A stretch of 63,995 bases of DNA, counting the filler, from Diploschistes diacapsis (Eukaryota): the NCBI GenBank assembly GCA_023645945.1. It is 4 parts of 4 records of this genome, joined end to end, with 100 filler letters (N's around TTAATTAATTAA, not from the genome) between each part and the next. Parts side by side here need not be neighbours in the genome. Positions count along the whole stretch, not along the records: positions 1 to 16,580 come from JALAIB010000500.1; positions 16,681 to 33,251 come from JALAIB010000501.1; 2 more parts are not named here. The stretch is one strand, 5' to 3'. Below, in pieces: positions 11,594 through 24,257 of the stretch. The notes beneath the pieces were generated by a model. The model did not search any database. It was not told where the DNA came from and worked only from the letters and a program-made list of their open reading frames with translations. The translations under genes were made by a program, and so were the position numbers. The stretch's first letter is position 1. The number at the start of each line of letters is the position of its first letter.

Positions 11594-14500
11594 TCACCTT
11601 TTTACGATTCTCTGTCGGGATAGCAGCTGTGATATCATAAAGTGACTCACGTCTTCGTCCCCCCAGTATGCCAGATGGCTGGCAATACTTGCTATCAAGG
11701 AGATATCGAAAACGCCCCTGAAGATAGTCAGAAAAAAGACAGATTGCTATTTGATTAAATGCAGTCTTACTCTTGAATGCTGAAGTCAACTCGCCCGGTA
11801 CTATTCAGAGCTCGCACCTTTGCCTCTTCCCTCCTGTACTGCTTTGCCCTATCTTCGACATCCTGCCAATCTGCCTGCTCTGTTCGTTCGTTTAGGTTTT
11901 CTGCTGCGCTGTGGCTGTGCTGGCGCTGAAAGCCAGAATAGAGTGTTTCAATCTCACTATCAATCAAAGTAGGAGGGTGCTCCGCTAAGCTGTTGTTTCT
12001 TGTATTGTCAACCCCTTTCTTTCTACCTTCTTCGGAGGCTTCGGAGCCAGACACAGCTCCACTCGCAGCAATAGCAGGCCCTGCACCCAGTGATAAAGGC
12101 TGTCGCGTCTGCGTTGACGTTTGTTGGGGGTCGTTCGTAAGACCAAGACTCCTGTTCAGAAGGCTGCTAGCTACACCAGTCGTAATATTAGACCACAGCC
12201 CAGATACGCTCTGGCCGACACGCACTCCAATTCCCGAAAGGCCGGCAACGGGCGCTCCAAAGATACCTTTCTTGATGTATGGTAGTGGCTGCGGCTTCAG
12301 GGCCTTCATCGCTGGAGAAATCAAGGGTTCTAATCTGTAGGCCACAGGATCTGTAGGGTGAAAGATATTGAATACTTGAGCACACTTGGGCGAGGATAAA
12401 GTTGAGAGCAAAGAGGAATCCGATGGAACGGTGGAACTTGACACTTTACGGTAAGTCTCATTCGCAGAGTGGGCATCCCGGTGGCTGTCGGCATTTGAAG
12501 CGCTCTCGACGCAGCGGCCTGCGATCGTGCGCCCTTCTATCATTTGGAAGATACCTATAGGCGACCCGAGAGCATAGAAATCTTCAACCTCGAAATCTAA
12601 GGCCAAATCTAGTTCCTCATCTTTCTGCTTCACGTTAGAGATCCTGGAACCACCGCGTTTGCCCATTGGAGCAGAGGGTTGGCGACCTGGGGCTTTCTGG
12701 CGACAGAGCAAATCAAACATGATGGCCGAGCCGAGAGAATGGCCTACCAGACTTACTTTGCCTTTGAAAGTATCATTGCGCTCCTTAAAAAGCTTGTGGA
12801 CGCGGTTGCATTCACGCTGGATAATGCCTGCAATATGGTATCGGTATGGGCTTTGGTAGAGTAGGATATCCAAAAAAAGATCCTCTACGAGATTTCTGAT
12901 CGCCGGCACTCCGTCAACGGTAATATCACTTAATTTTGGATAGTCTAGTTCTTCTCCAAGGGAATCAGCATCACTCAAATCTTGCTCTTTGCCCTGGCGT
13001 TTGAAGCTCTGCTTGGGGAAGTCCAGCAAGTGTCTCCAAACGATAGGCAAGACCTGAATACGGCAGTTTTTGGGAAGTTTATCGACTTCTGTGTTCAGAG
13101 CCTGCAGGTCCGGCGATGACTGATACACTGATTTCAGTGTCTTTCTGAACACGTTGACATCGTGGATGAAGCTAAGACTTTCCATCTTTAGCCCCAGACG
13201 CTGACCGATTCCATGCGTTACTAGTACCAGATGCTCAATCTCTCTTTCTTGGTCCTCGCCGTCCGTATCTCTGTAATCTTCTTGGATCTCGGTCTCTTCG
13301 CGCTTTCGAGCCTCTTCTTCCTGTGCGATAGGATCTTCAAATCCCGGACTCCCAACTATAGTAGCCATGCGCCTCTCAAGCTCGGACCTCTTGTTCTCTA
13401 CCTCACTCTCGACTTCCTTAGGTTCTTGGACACTTACGCTTGTTGGCATTTCCCTACTCTGTGAAGCTAGCCTTCTCCGCGAGTCTGGCCTAGCCCTGCC
13501 GCGCCCCTCGTTTATTGTTAAATCAGTAGCATTTTCGTCATTTCGTATTTCTTTTTTGGATCCTATATCCACGAACCCTCGAACAACCTTGATACCTCCC
13601 AAATGACCACCCCCGGCGAAACGTTGGTACATTGTAGTACTCATTCTGGAGAGGAAATCATCGGTGACAAGCCACGCAACAGTAGCATCTTGATAAGTTA
13701 CTACGGAGTTCATGTGAGCACCAAATAGGCGATGTGTCTGCAATTGAAACTTTGGATTCGATGCTGTGGCATTGTTTGTTTGCACATCCTCCTTTCTTCG
13801 ATTTTTGGCATCGTCGACAGAGGGCATGCGGGGAGGCTTGATATTGGTAGCGCCAAGCTTGCTGGTGGTTTCACCTGATTTCCAGGATACTGGCCTTTTC
13901 GACTGTGAGGAAGATCTTACAGATGGCGCGGGCGGATCATACCGCCAAGGTTTAGACTTTAGATAGCCTTCCTCTAGCTGCGTCGCCAAGTTCTCATCAC
14001 ATGGCCGGGACGAGGAGCCATCATTGTAGAACCAAGTTGCTCGGCGCACATCGTAGATCGGACCTAACCAATAAGCGGGAGCTAGCTCACGGCTGTCGAT
14101 GTCAACATCAAAGAGAAAATCTTCGTTCACGGGAACTTTGGTTAAGGAAGTCCGAGTCCTACCATTTACATGGTCGAGCGTTGTGTTCTTGTTCAACTCA
14201 AAGTTTGACAAGACCTGCCCGGGGCTGACCGTAGCATCGGTGATGTCGCCCGTGGAGTTCTCTCTTTTGCTTCCATTTTCCTCTTCTTCGGCGAGCTTCT
14301 GAAATGCAGACTCAATAGACCAAGAATCACTCGCCGAGAAAGGCACGAATTTTTTGGGCTGACCTGCTTGTTTAGGTTTGTCACCTGATTTGATAAACGC
14401 TTGAGGCTTTCGCTTTGGAACCTAGCCGGATCTTGAGCTTTTCTCTGAGTCATTGGGTCGGTCCATTGCTCACATCTACCGCGTAGAACCACCTCACATT

Positions 14501-14692
14501 GAGAAGCGGACAGTCTTCAGGGTAATCGCGGATACCTAGACGATGACGGTGATTTATGCGGTGATCACTACCATGCTGCTGATGTAGGCTAATAGCAGGG
14601 GCTTTTTCGCCTTGCGTTGTTTCAACGTTCTTCGACCTATTAGACCTCGATGTCCACGGAGACAAAGAATCCAAGAGGCCTGGAGCAGCCAT
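11594..14692 (-). CDS. DDL1: DDHD-domain phospholipase A1 (Ddl1-like)
   Basis: Introns at 14422-14473 and 11718-11770. Contains WFYAVD/VPKRKP, LVLVTHGIGQ, lipase motif GHSLG, and DDHD-region motifs FHPTDPVAYRLEP, RVDFSIQE and SHLAYW. Confidence 0.88.
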
Positions 14693-15376
14693 ACCATGAC
14701 GGCGCACCTGGTTAACCCAGGAGAAGATTCTAACCAGAGCCAATGCGAAAGCCTGTTGATGAAGATACTTAAGCTCACCAGGACGCACGCAGGCACTGCG
14801 CTACTGAGCCGTCTTTTGCTCCGTACTGATTGAAAGGGAGGTATATAGTACGGTTGAGGATTATGACCTTAACTGGTGCCTTGATAGATTGACGTGCCTC
14901 AATATTCACATTCTAAAAGTCCGAGGCCGGTTGCAGGTGCCAAGCTTGCCCGTGTATTGTGATTCTAAGGCCCGGCAATAGACGTCGGAGTTTTGAAGCG
15001 TAGATTATATACATAGATTTATCGGCGCCAAAATATGAACCTTGTTTGGATTAACTTTTCCCTTATATCTTATTCGGGTTAACGGTTGCTGTTTTAATTA
15101 TTGATTATAATAAAATTAAAAATAAATAGAATGTTGACCCGTGTGCTGAACATACCCGTCTATTATATCACGAAAAGCTTTTGGCGGCGAAACGCCGCGA
15201 AAACCGGCGAAACCAGCGATAGATAATACGTTTAAACGACTTGCTGCATTTTGCCAAAAGGTTTAGCAAAACATGGCGAAACCGGCAAAACTAACAAAAC
15301 GAACGAAACTAATAAAAATCGGCGAAGATGGCGAGGCCAATCATTTTTTACTAATATATTATGGAAGCAATAAAAC

Positions 15377-15406
<30 letters not shown>
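15377..15406. repeat. (TAA)10 microsatellite
   Basis: Perfect TAA trinucleotide run read directly from the sequence. Confidence 0.95.
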
Positions 15407-15408
<2 letters not shown>

Positions 15409-15420
15409 TGAATGATTATA

Positions 15421-15520
15421 ACGTGTTTCACGGGGATTCCGGCCACCCCCAGATTCCGGCTATCTTAAATCACTATTTTCATCTTACATTCGATCTTTCT
15501 CAATAATGACTACCTCGCAT
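15421..15520 (+). mobile_element. pogo/Fot1-like transposon terminus (inverted copy of 40-139)
   Basis: TA|ACGTGTTTCACGGGGATTCCGGCCACCCCCAGATTCCGGC... with 9 mismatches in 100 nt against the reverse complement of 40-139. Confidence 0.75.
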
Positions 15521-15903
15521 GATAATTGTTGAACTAAACCACTACGCCAAAAGATGCGCACCTTTTAGCAAGCAGCAGTTCATGTTTATATTCGACACAT
15601 TGTGATTAATCTTTTGGCTCAGTGAGATAGCGCTACCTATTAGGCACTGCCCCCGCTGTTACAATAAGAGCTGAAATCCAGTTTTATACAGTCGCAAACT
15701 AATTGAAGGAAGATTTCTAAGCTTCTAAATTCCTAAAAAAAAGCAAATTAAATTACATTAACTTGGATATAATTTTTAAATCATAAAAAGTGTTGTGAAA
15801 CGTAATAGAAATATATTAAAATCTAACATCACGAAAAGTTTTTCGAGCCAAATTTTATTCCAACGAAAGTGCCTGTTTCGCGGGTTTTGCCCATTTCGCC
15901 AGT

Positions 15904-16300
15904 GTCAGAATACTAACCTAAATAGTTTAGTCAGATTGCTTATTAAGCTTCTAGCATGTTCGAATATTCTAGAACATAATAGAATATCATCGAAGATTAT
16001 GGAAGATTATAGAATATTCTAGAATATTCTAGAATATTCGGCTTACTAATACATAGAATAATTTGAAAGGATAAGGAACATTCTAGAATAATGATTACTA
16101 ATCAAACTAGCATGAAATGTGCCTATAAAAGGCCTCTCACCCTCTATCGTTCTTAGTTGTAACCTTCAACCTCTTCAATATGTTCACTGTATAATAGTCA
16201 GCTACCAGGCTAGGCAGGCTAGGGATTATTTACTAGTTAGGACTAGCTGCAGAATACACTCTTATTCATCTGTTATCTATTAGGACTTCCACCACTTTCA
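15904..16300 (+). mobile_element. Probable degraded retrotransposon LTR
   Basis: Begins TGTCAGA and carries tandem AGAATATTCT repeats (about 15962-16040) and a TATA box (CTATAAAAGG at about 16123). The 3' CA end was not identified, so the end coordinate is approximate. Confidence 0.4.
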
Positions 16301-16580
16301 ACAATTATTAAGCGTTAGTTAGCTCAAATGTGTCTACAAAAGATCTTTCACCTCCCGTCTTTACTAACGCTATCTTCATTTATTACTTCCTACAATATTA
16401 ATACTTTATTATTGTATGCAAGCTATTAGCATTAATTTCACTAGTCATTTATTGCCTATTAAGTGATCCCACTTCCACTTTCAACATTTAGGTTAATAAT
16501 CGGACAATTTATATTATTATCACCGTTTAAACCCTTCTTTTTCTAGATAAAAAGGTTTATTTCTATACTAATTCTTACCT

Positions 16581-16680
16581 NNNNNNNNNNNNNNNNNNNN
16601 NNNNNNNNNNNNNNNNNNNNNNNNTTAATTAATTAANNNNNNNNNNNNNNNNNNNNNNNNNNNNNNNNNNNNNNNNNNNN
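16581..16680. other. Artificial contig linker / assembly gap
   Basis: N44-TTAATTAATTAA-N44, a spacer with stops in all six frames. Identical at three places. Confidence 0.97.
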
Positions 16681-18233
16681 CACATCGTTCGCGCACTGCT
16701 GCCGAATCTGGCCCACCGCGCCCTTGACCCGGCCCACCTCCTCACAAGCCCCAACTTCGTCCCCCTCGAAGAGCTCGAGGCGCGCGAAGACGAGATCGCC
16801 CGGCTGCGGTCCGGCTGGGACAAGATGGAGTCCCGCTGGCGCGAGGCGCTCGGGCTGATGCAAGAGTGGCGCGCGCGCATGGTGCAGAGCGGCGGCGGCG
16901 ACACGGTCAACCTGGACGATCTGCGCAAGGGTGTGGAGCTGGGTGCGGAGGACATCGTGCTGCCGGCGCCTGTTGCTGCGAAGTCGCCTGGTGTGCGAAA
17001 CAGGGCTGATGAGAGTTTCGCGTCCATTGCGGAGAGTACGAGGGAGGAGGGGTCGGTTATTTATTCCCCCGTGCGCAAGGTAGAGGGGGCGAGAGACTTG
17101 ATGGGGGCGGAGCGGAGCGATGGCTTGCCGGCAGACGTCGAGGCGCTACCTGCTGCGAAGAAGCGAGCCAGTCCCAAGCTTGGCATCGGCTTGCTTCCGG
17201 CCCCGCACGTTCTCAAGCCGACAGCGGGTAATGCGCGCAGAGGTCGGCCCGGCACTTCGGCCGTCACAGCCAATTCGCCGCGGGCACGAGCGATGGTGGA
17301 GGCGCTGGGGAGCGAGGACATAGATGAGCTGGCGATGCTGGATGCCCTGCCGAGTCCGGAAAAGAGGCGGAGGAGGGTTGAGCGGGTATGTGTTCTTCCC
17401 TTCCTAGGATTTTACTTTACAGAGAAGAAAAGGAAAAGGGTTGTTCGTGGTTCAACGCGTCTCATGCTAACATGTGGTCCATGTAGGATGTTGATAGCGA
17501 AGATCCCGACGAAGCGGCGAATGCGCTGCTGGACCTTCTTCCCTCGCCGCAGCTAACCCTGTCACCAACGCGTCGAGACCAGGATGCTTCAAAGCCGAAA
17601 GTCGCCCCCGAGGATGAGGATGAGGATGCTAAAAGCCAGAGCGACGCGCCACCGCTTAGCATAGAGCAGAAACTCGCTCTAGCGCAGCAGGAAGCCGAGG
17701 AAGCCGCACAAGCGCTCCGTGCCGCGCTCTTGCCCTCGACGAGCAAGCTAGGAGACGAGCAACCCCACCCCAAGGACAAAGGCCGAGCGGACTCCGAAGA
17801 AAAAAACGACAGAGGTCTACATGAAGCTACAGTAGGAGGAGGCGCACGAGATCCTAACTCTGTCCTGAGGCAGAGCGAGAGCGAAAACAGGCAGAGTAGT
17901 ACGGAGCGCCTACCTACCGCCGAAATGGTGGATGCGAGGAGAGTTGGTTCTGGCTCTGGCAATATCAAGAAAGAAGACGAGAAGGGGAATGAAAAAGAAA
18001 ACATCGACCCAGCATCTCTACGAGTAACTGGGTTTCCATCAAAAGGGAATAAGGAAAAGGAAAAACAGGGAGCAGAAGGAAAAGTAGGCACGAATGTGAC
18101 AGTAGAGGCCAAGAAGCCGCTCAAGCGAACACAGCTTCCCAAGCGCCTCGGTGGCGGCGGGACGGCCGGGGCGAGGAAGAAGAGGAGGAGCACGCTGAGT
18201 CCGGAGGAGTTGGGGGCTTTGGTTGGGCTGTGA
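16681..18233 (+). CDS. TinA/Msd1-like (afadin/alpha-actinin-binding ADIP family) spindle-pole protein, 5'-truncated by the gap
   Basis: Frame open from the contig start: LLTSPNFVPLEELEAREDEIARLRSGWDKMESRWREALGLMQEWRARM. Intron 17386-17486. Terminal RRSTLSPEELGALVGL*. Both motifs are recalled from fungal NIMA-interacting TinA-like proteins. Confidence 0.65.
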
Positions 18234-18888
18234 ATTGTGCTTGAACTGTAAGGTTTGAAGTGAGGAAGGTGTGAGCAGAGGTAGAGGTAGTGGCTGTGGG
18301 TGGGTTTGGTCCGGTAGAGGGCAGAACAGAGCGGGAAGGGGAGAGGGAGGGGAAGTTGTGGTTCTGGAGAAGGCTCCATTTGGGTGGTTATGCGATTATC
18401 TATCTGTTTGTTTCTTTGTTTGTTTTATCTGGTTAACGGGGAAAGGAGAAGGAGGGACTGCGCTGCTCATTAGTACCCAGAGACGGACTACCATTTGCAT
18501 CATGAAATTTGGCACACTGAGAACACCAACAGGGCCAATGCTTTTCACGTTTTGAAAACCTCGATATAATCCTGCTGCCTCTGAAACGCCCATTTCACCC
18601 ACCCCCCCGAAACCCATCCCTTCCTGGTTGTATCCCCTCGACTCCAATCCGGGTATGTCCGTTACACCTGGTACAATTTGAAGACGACGCTGCTGAGATG
18701 ATGAAAGAATATGTACAAGCATTATGCATTAACATTATTTGTAGGTTATACGAGGTATGCAGGCTCGCTCCAGAGCCGTTCAGAAGCACCTCACTTTGCG
18801 GAGTCGGGCTTTCCATCTCTACCAACTTGTAGTTGACCTTTTAAAGAAGGAACCTAGAAAATCCAAAGCATAGCATAAAACCCTTACT

Positions 18889-21207
18889 TTAGTCCACCTT
18901 GACGGCGCCGTAGATCCGCCTGACGAATCCGTATGCGGTCAGGAAACCGACGGTGCCGGTTAACAAGCCGTAGACGGCGCAAGCGAGGAGGCTGTAGCTA
19001 AAGAACAAAAGGGCGGAGACGAAGCCGTCCATGTTGAGCTTGGTCAGGTAGTACCAGGTGCAGTAAAAGAAGACCCAGACGGCGGGGCTGGCGCCAATCA
19101 GGAAAGATTGCCACCACCAGTGGTAGTTCTAGAGCCGAAAGTTAGTTTTGCTAGCGTGGAAGTGAGGAGAAATTGGGGGGAGAATATGGTTGAAAGGTAC
19201 TCACCTCTGAGCAGAGAAGTATGTAGACAGCGACGATGGTGACTTCGATGATGGTCAGGATGTGCACAAGACTGATGACACTCAGGAACCCGTAGACGTA
19301 GTAGTAGCCGCTCTTGTCCTGCCAAAGGCTGCGGAATACAAACAGCAGTTCGATGAAGATAACGGCGAATGGGATCAAGCCTGCACCAAGGATGGAATAG
19401 TTGCCCTTCGTGTACCAGGCAGCGTCAGGGATCTGTCTAGGAATGGTGCTCGTCTTGGTTGGGTGCTCCCATGGCTTGCACTTGTGGTAGCCGAACCAGC
19501 TGCCGCTGTAAACCAAGGGCACCTGAATGAGCAGCCATAGAGCTGCAAGCCCCACGAGGGTCCCGAAGGGAAGGGCGGTGCTCGAGCCCTGCGCCCAGAC
19601 AAGCAGGTTGAGTACAAAAGTGGTCGAGAAGAGCATTCCAGGAATAAGCAGCGCCGTCTGCGAAAGCTATTAGCGGGATAGAAAGATCAGACTCATGCGA
19701 TTCTTACCATTAGCGTGTTTTTCCGCCAGTTGACCCCTCCGAAAGTCTTGTATACAAGGCCAGAGAAAAATCCGGAGAAGATCCCAGCAAAAATGAATAG
19801 GCCCATTCCTACACTGACAAAACCACCTCGGAAACTGGGGTTCAAAACGCCCAGGCAGCTGAGTACCAACAGCCCGGTAGCCATAAAGACAAGCTGAGAG
19901 CCTGAGCCAATCAGCGGAGCTAGAAGTCCTGCGTATGCAGGAGTCCGGAACACGTCGGCGTGCAACAATTTCCAGCCGGTGATGTCTTCGATGGACTCCT
20001 CGTCGGACGAAAGGCTATCATCGTGATCAAACTTGTCGAGCAAGCCGCTTGGGCTCTTTTCTCCCGTCCGTGGAGTACGAGCACCGCTCGGAACCTTCCT
20101 TCTGATCCTGACTTTGCCTTCCTCCAGAGGGCCATCTCTCGTCTTTGTGTCGCCGTGAATTGTCTTGTTCCAGATCATAGTCACTATTGCAGTCAGGAAA
20201 CCGGCAATGACGACTGAGTTGACGATGGCTAGCCAGTGAATCTTGGAACTCTCCTCTTGATTCTTGAAGTACATGTCCCATCTATTGGACCATTCAACCC
20301 GTGTGTCTTCCCGAAAGTAAACGGAATAGGAGTAGGGGATGGTGAGCGTTGCGCCGTCGTCAAGCTCATCCTCGTCGGGGAGGTAAGATGCGGAAGGGTA
20401 CTTTTGCGCAAGACGAGTGTTGTTCGGGTGGATGTAGAGCTCCAAGTCGTCTTTAGGATTGCGCACGTCCCTGGGACAACCGGACTCTCGCCTGTCGCCC
20501 GTTCCAATGCTTTTCGTATACACCTCGAAGCCAATGACGACCTTGCCTCCGTGGTCGCCGGCCTTACCGGGCGCCTGCCGCCATCGGATAACGAGAGTCA
20601 AGTGGTTGTTGATGACATACTTTGGCTGGCCTGAGACCGAAGAAAACTCCTTGGAGCCAATCTTGAAGCCAGCTGCGTAGTACTTTTCTGTTCGATCGAC
20701 CGTAACGAAGCTCGTTGCACCAGGCAGATTATCCACGATCCACTCGGCCACATAGCCATCTTCTATCAATTTCCGTGCGCGCTTCACACCCGCTCGATCG
20801 ACTGTCTGGCTGCAGAGGAAAGAGCACTCCTGGTCTTTGCCCATTACCAGATCATAATCAGATGTCATGATCCGATCCCCTCGAAGTACCTCTCCCAGGT
20901 TAAGAGATACTCCTTTGCCGCTGGTAACGCCTGCATGTTTCTTGCCCGACGGAGGACAGACAAAAGGAAGATCGTAGTAGGCGTACTGAAGCTGTGTGTT
21001 GTCCGAGTACACTTTATTTACGTACAAAGGTATCGCTTCGTTGTCTTCATAGCTCCTTATCGAATACCCTAAAGAAGCTGTAAGTAGTAGCACAGAGTAT
21101 TTCATTTGCTCTCGCTTACCTGGAATGTAGAACGCCTCGACAATGCTGATACTGAAGCAGAAAAGTAGAAAATGCGGCCACCACAGGCTTCGTAAACCAG
21201 TATACAT
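18889..21207 (-). CDS. Nonaspanin TM9SF / endomembrane protein 70 family
   Basis: Signal peptide then AFYIPG|YSIRSY. Introns at 21069-21119, 19658-19707 and 19129-19204. Contains LNLGEVLRGDRI, VDNLPGAT, IHWLAIVNS, GWKLLHADVFR and ENYHWWWQSF, and ends IYGAVKVD* (KxD/E motif). Confidence 0.93.
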
Positions 21208-22057
21208 TGCGACCAGTGCAACCGGCCGTCAGTGCACAAAGTCGTCCAAGCGTATTTTGACCACCAAACCACACCTTGAACGAATGTTTCGCCAACGATT
21301 AGAGGGGAAAGACGCGATAGTTTGCTAAAAACAACTCCTGGAAAGTTGCTGATGGTCCAACGACTGTGTTCGTAATCAACTAGGGGGGCTTTGTAGATCT
21401 CGGAGACTGGGGATGGCAACCCTGTGGTTTCTTCCCTCGCACTCCGACGTCAAGCTTCGGTTGTTGCTCGACTACGAAACGAATGGAACCGGCACAAATG
21501 CCTGCAGATGGAAAGAGGAAATTATCACAAGGGAAAACGACGGGCAGATGACACTTTGAAAAGTGAAGTTGAGTTGAAATCGGGGGTACTGAGTAATTAG
21601 GAGAACTTTTGCTTCTTGGGGGGGGGGTCTACTGACTGACAACAGTAGTCTAGTGGGTTCAAGTTCGGAAAGTCCCTAGTCTCCTTAACTTACTTATTTT
21701 AGCAGCAACTTAGCCACTTATCCAGTTCTGCCACTCCCAGCCCACCGGAGTTCTCCCCACCACACCCTTTTGTCTCAGCAATGTAACTCAACTCCGTTTT
21801 CCAAAAGGTACAGAGACAGGCGCGTGCACATTCATACGACTCTTTAAAATCTCACCTATGCGCGCCCCGAGGAAAGATTTATATTCAGAATGCAAAAGGT
21901 GCCATGCAACAGACACCCATGGCCAGTATCGAGCTTCAGGCACTAACCGTTGACGGATAGCTTTAGATGGTCCGAGATCCAAAAATCACTGATTCGTGCA
22001 CATAATAGGTAGCACTGTCCTAAGAGTGCTGCTGCTCCATATCTCATCACCTCCATC

Positions 22058-22680
22058 ATGTCTCGAACCGTGACCACGCATTTGCAGACCCTCCAGCGAC
22101 CAGATGCCACAAATGCCTTCTCTTCTGGCCCTAGAGCCATATCACTACCATCACCATCCCTTCCGGATCGAACTGGACCAGTGAACCACATAGGCACAAA
22201 TCCCACACAGAATATCTGAGCGTCAAGGATGGGACTGCGCTTGTCACGCTGGGATCGCAGACTCAAAGCTGGACCGCGTCTGATGGCCTGATCACCATAG
22301 AGCGGGGCGTGGTCCATGAGTGGAGGAGAGATCCAAACGACGACGGCGTCCTCGTTGTCGAAGAATGGACAGATCCAGCCGATGGCCAGAAGGAACTCTT
22401 CTTTAGGAACCTGCTCTCTACTATGCTCGACATGACTGATTTGCCTTCGCCTGCTCCAGCACCGACGTGGATGCCCTTTGATTGGTGGCTCACCTTGCAA
22501 CTTTTTCCCATCTCCCACGAGTTCGACAATTCTCCTCTGTTGTACTCGGGTCTCGCAGGTAGGCCGGCTACGTATTATATTCTCTTTGTCGCGGATCTCA
22601 TTGGGTTGATGTTTGGCTTGAGAGGCAAGTACAAAGAGTACACACCAGGCGGTCTCTATTTGAAAGGAAAAGATAACTGA
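22058..22680 (+). pseudogene. Cupin-fold protein with an apparent frameshift (pseudogene or sequencing error)
   Basis: The ATG-22058 frame (MSRTVTTHLQTLQRP...) stops early. The body (SHITTITIPSGSNWTSEPHRHKSHTEYL...VVHEW...VEEWTDPADGQKELFFRNL) is in another frame, preceded by TAG. The junction CCT-AG-AGC-CAT looks like an AG duplication. Confidence 0.6.
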
Positions 22681-23025
22681 GGCATTGTCCGGAGTGAGAG
22701 CTATTGTCTCTGAATGAATCACCATGCCCAAGCCTCTTTGGTGCATGCTACCGCACAAAGCTCAATGTATAGAGGCAGCTCTCAGACTCATCCAGTATCC
22801 AACCGTGGTTCTGCTGGAGTATAATTGTTTTGGATAGTATTCGATTTTTTCCTTTACTTTAGCACTTTGTGTGGCTATCATTTGACACCTTCGTTATACT
22901 TGTGTGTCACGTTAATACGCCATGGGCGACCATTGGTCACGTGAACGACTAGATTCCTATCGCCTGAGGCGTTACGGATTTATACCGGCACCGCAGCCCC
23001 TATCTGCTCGTGACCGAATTGGCAA

Positions 23026-24257
23026 GTGTTGGACCAAGCGGTCGAACAGTCTCTGCTTAACTCGGAACTAGCCATATCTAGCAGAAGCTCGTTAGCGGTC
23101 GATGCCCCAGAGGATTCGATCGTCGTCACGGTATTGAGGAGATTACCATGGGCTTCAGAGCCGTCGGAATCCTCCGCCCCTGTCGACGACGAACGAACAA
23201 TTAGCCATCTAGGGGCTCGACTAGACTCTCTCAGTCCTCTGGATCATTTGAGCTCTGAGGCGAGCCGCCGCGTGGAAGGCATTTTCGAGCTTCTACCGGA
23301 TAACACGTACGACGATAGCGACTCTGGGGCATTACTCCATTCACCGTTGTCTATACAGATCCGAATGCCATCTTTTGGTCCTTCCGAGGCAGTGTCAAGT
23401 CCGTCACTTAAAAATTCCGGTGGTGACTGGGCGCAAGACGAAGCAGACATGCAAGGCTCTGGCGGTGTCACTTCTGCTGCGGGTCCGAGACTTGACAGGA
23501 CCTCCGATGCTGAACAAGAGCAAGATTCCAATACAGTTTACTCTCACGAATGCGAAGACAACCAAGAAGACCACGCTAACACCGAAGATGATGACCGACC
23601 ACCAAGCAGGATTACCCACAACGATGTCCATGACCCAGCCCTGGCCGCCGGTCTGCAGAATTACCGAATCACGTATTCACGCAAAGTCTACGAAGAACCG
23701 GTATCGCCAAGAGGTCATCCAGATCCAGTTAACTTGACTAGGCACGCAGAAGAGCCAAAGGAAACGGCCAAATCCTCTCTTGGATCTCACTTCAATTCAG
23801 CTTGAACTGCCAACAAATCCCGCATTGTGCTTCTACCATAGTACGACGCTATGCCTCAAAAGCCCATAGGGGCCTAAAGGACCACGCTCCATCGACCGCC
23901 TCCTTTCTCAAGCGCCTCACGCATACGGTCCGGCGTCCAAGCCCTGGGTCTCCACCCCGGGGTCGCCGCACAACACTTCTCCCAGCGCCTTTCGTCCCCG
24001 GCACTCTTGGAAGTGCCTCTGAAAGCCACAGACAAAAGTACGGCCTTCGAGACTACAACGAGCTGCCTGCATCGTCAGAGCGTACTGGGGGCGCCACGCT
24101 TCACCATAACCTCCTCGTCCATATGATTCGCTGGGGCGAGCGGCCGGAAAACAGGGAGGTCTATTCCAAGTGGGAGACGTATTTGAAGTGTTACCAGCGC
24201 CGCCGTTCGTATAGAGGGACGGTACGGATCCGCTTGGAGGACATGGACCGTATTTAA
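23026..24257 (+). pseudogene. Possible degenerate gene (two abutting ORFs without a good start)
   Basis: ORFs of 259 and 151 codons overlap by 4 nt in different frames. The first is acidic and low-complexity; the second has an ordered-looking stretch LHHNLLVHMIRWGE...WETYLKCYQ. There is no obvious intron to join them. Confidence 0.3.

Larger units (their letters stand above)
15100..16580. mobile_element. AT-rich cluster of nested, RIP-degraded transposon relics
   Basis: Strongly AT/TpA-rich with no credible ORF. Contains repeated GGCGAAA(CC) motifs (15183-15335; inverted at about 15875-15900), a pogo-type terminus at 15421, and an LTR-like segment from 15904. It runs into the assembly gap. 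Confidence 0.7.

Noticed and set aside
14693..14860. Arg/Ser-rich upstream extension of the DDHD gene as a non-AUG mitochondrial presequence
   Set aside because: It requires an intron (14708-14778) with a poorly placed branch point and has no ATG, which is too speculative without transcript data.
15962..16040. Tandem AGAATATTCT repeats as a CRISPR-like array
   Set aside because: There are no unique spacers, the context is eukaryotic, and the repeats lie within a degraded LTR-like relic.
21640..21700. GGTTCAAGT resembling a tRNA T-loop / B box
   Set aside because: No cloverleaf, acceptor stem or A box can be built around it.
21943..22758. 271-codon minus-strand ORF
   Set aside because: It is antisense to the cupin-like frame, has a non-ATG start and shows no recognisable motifs.
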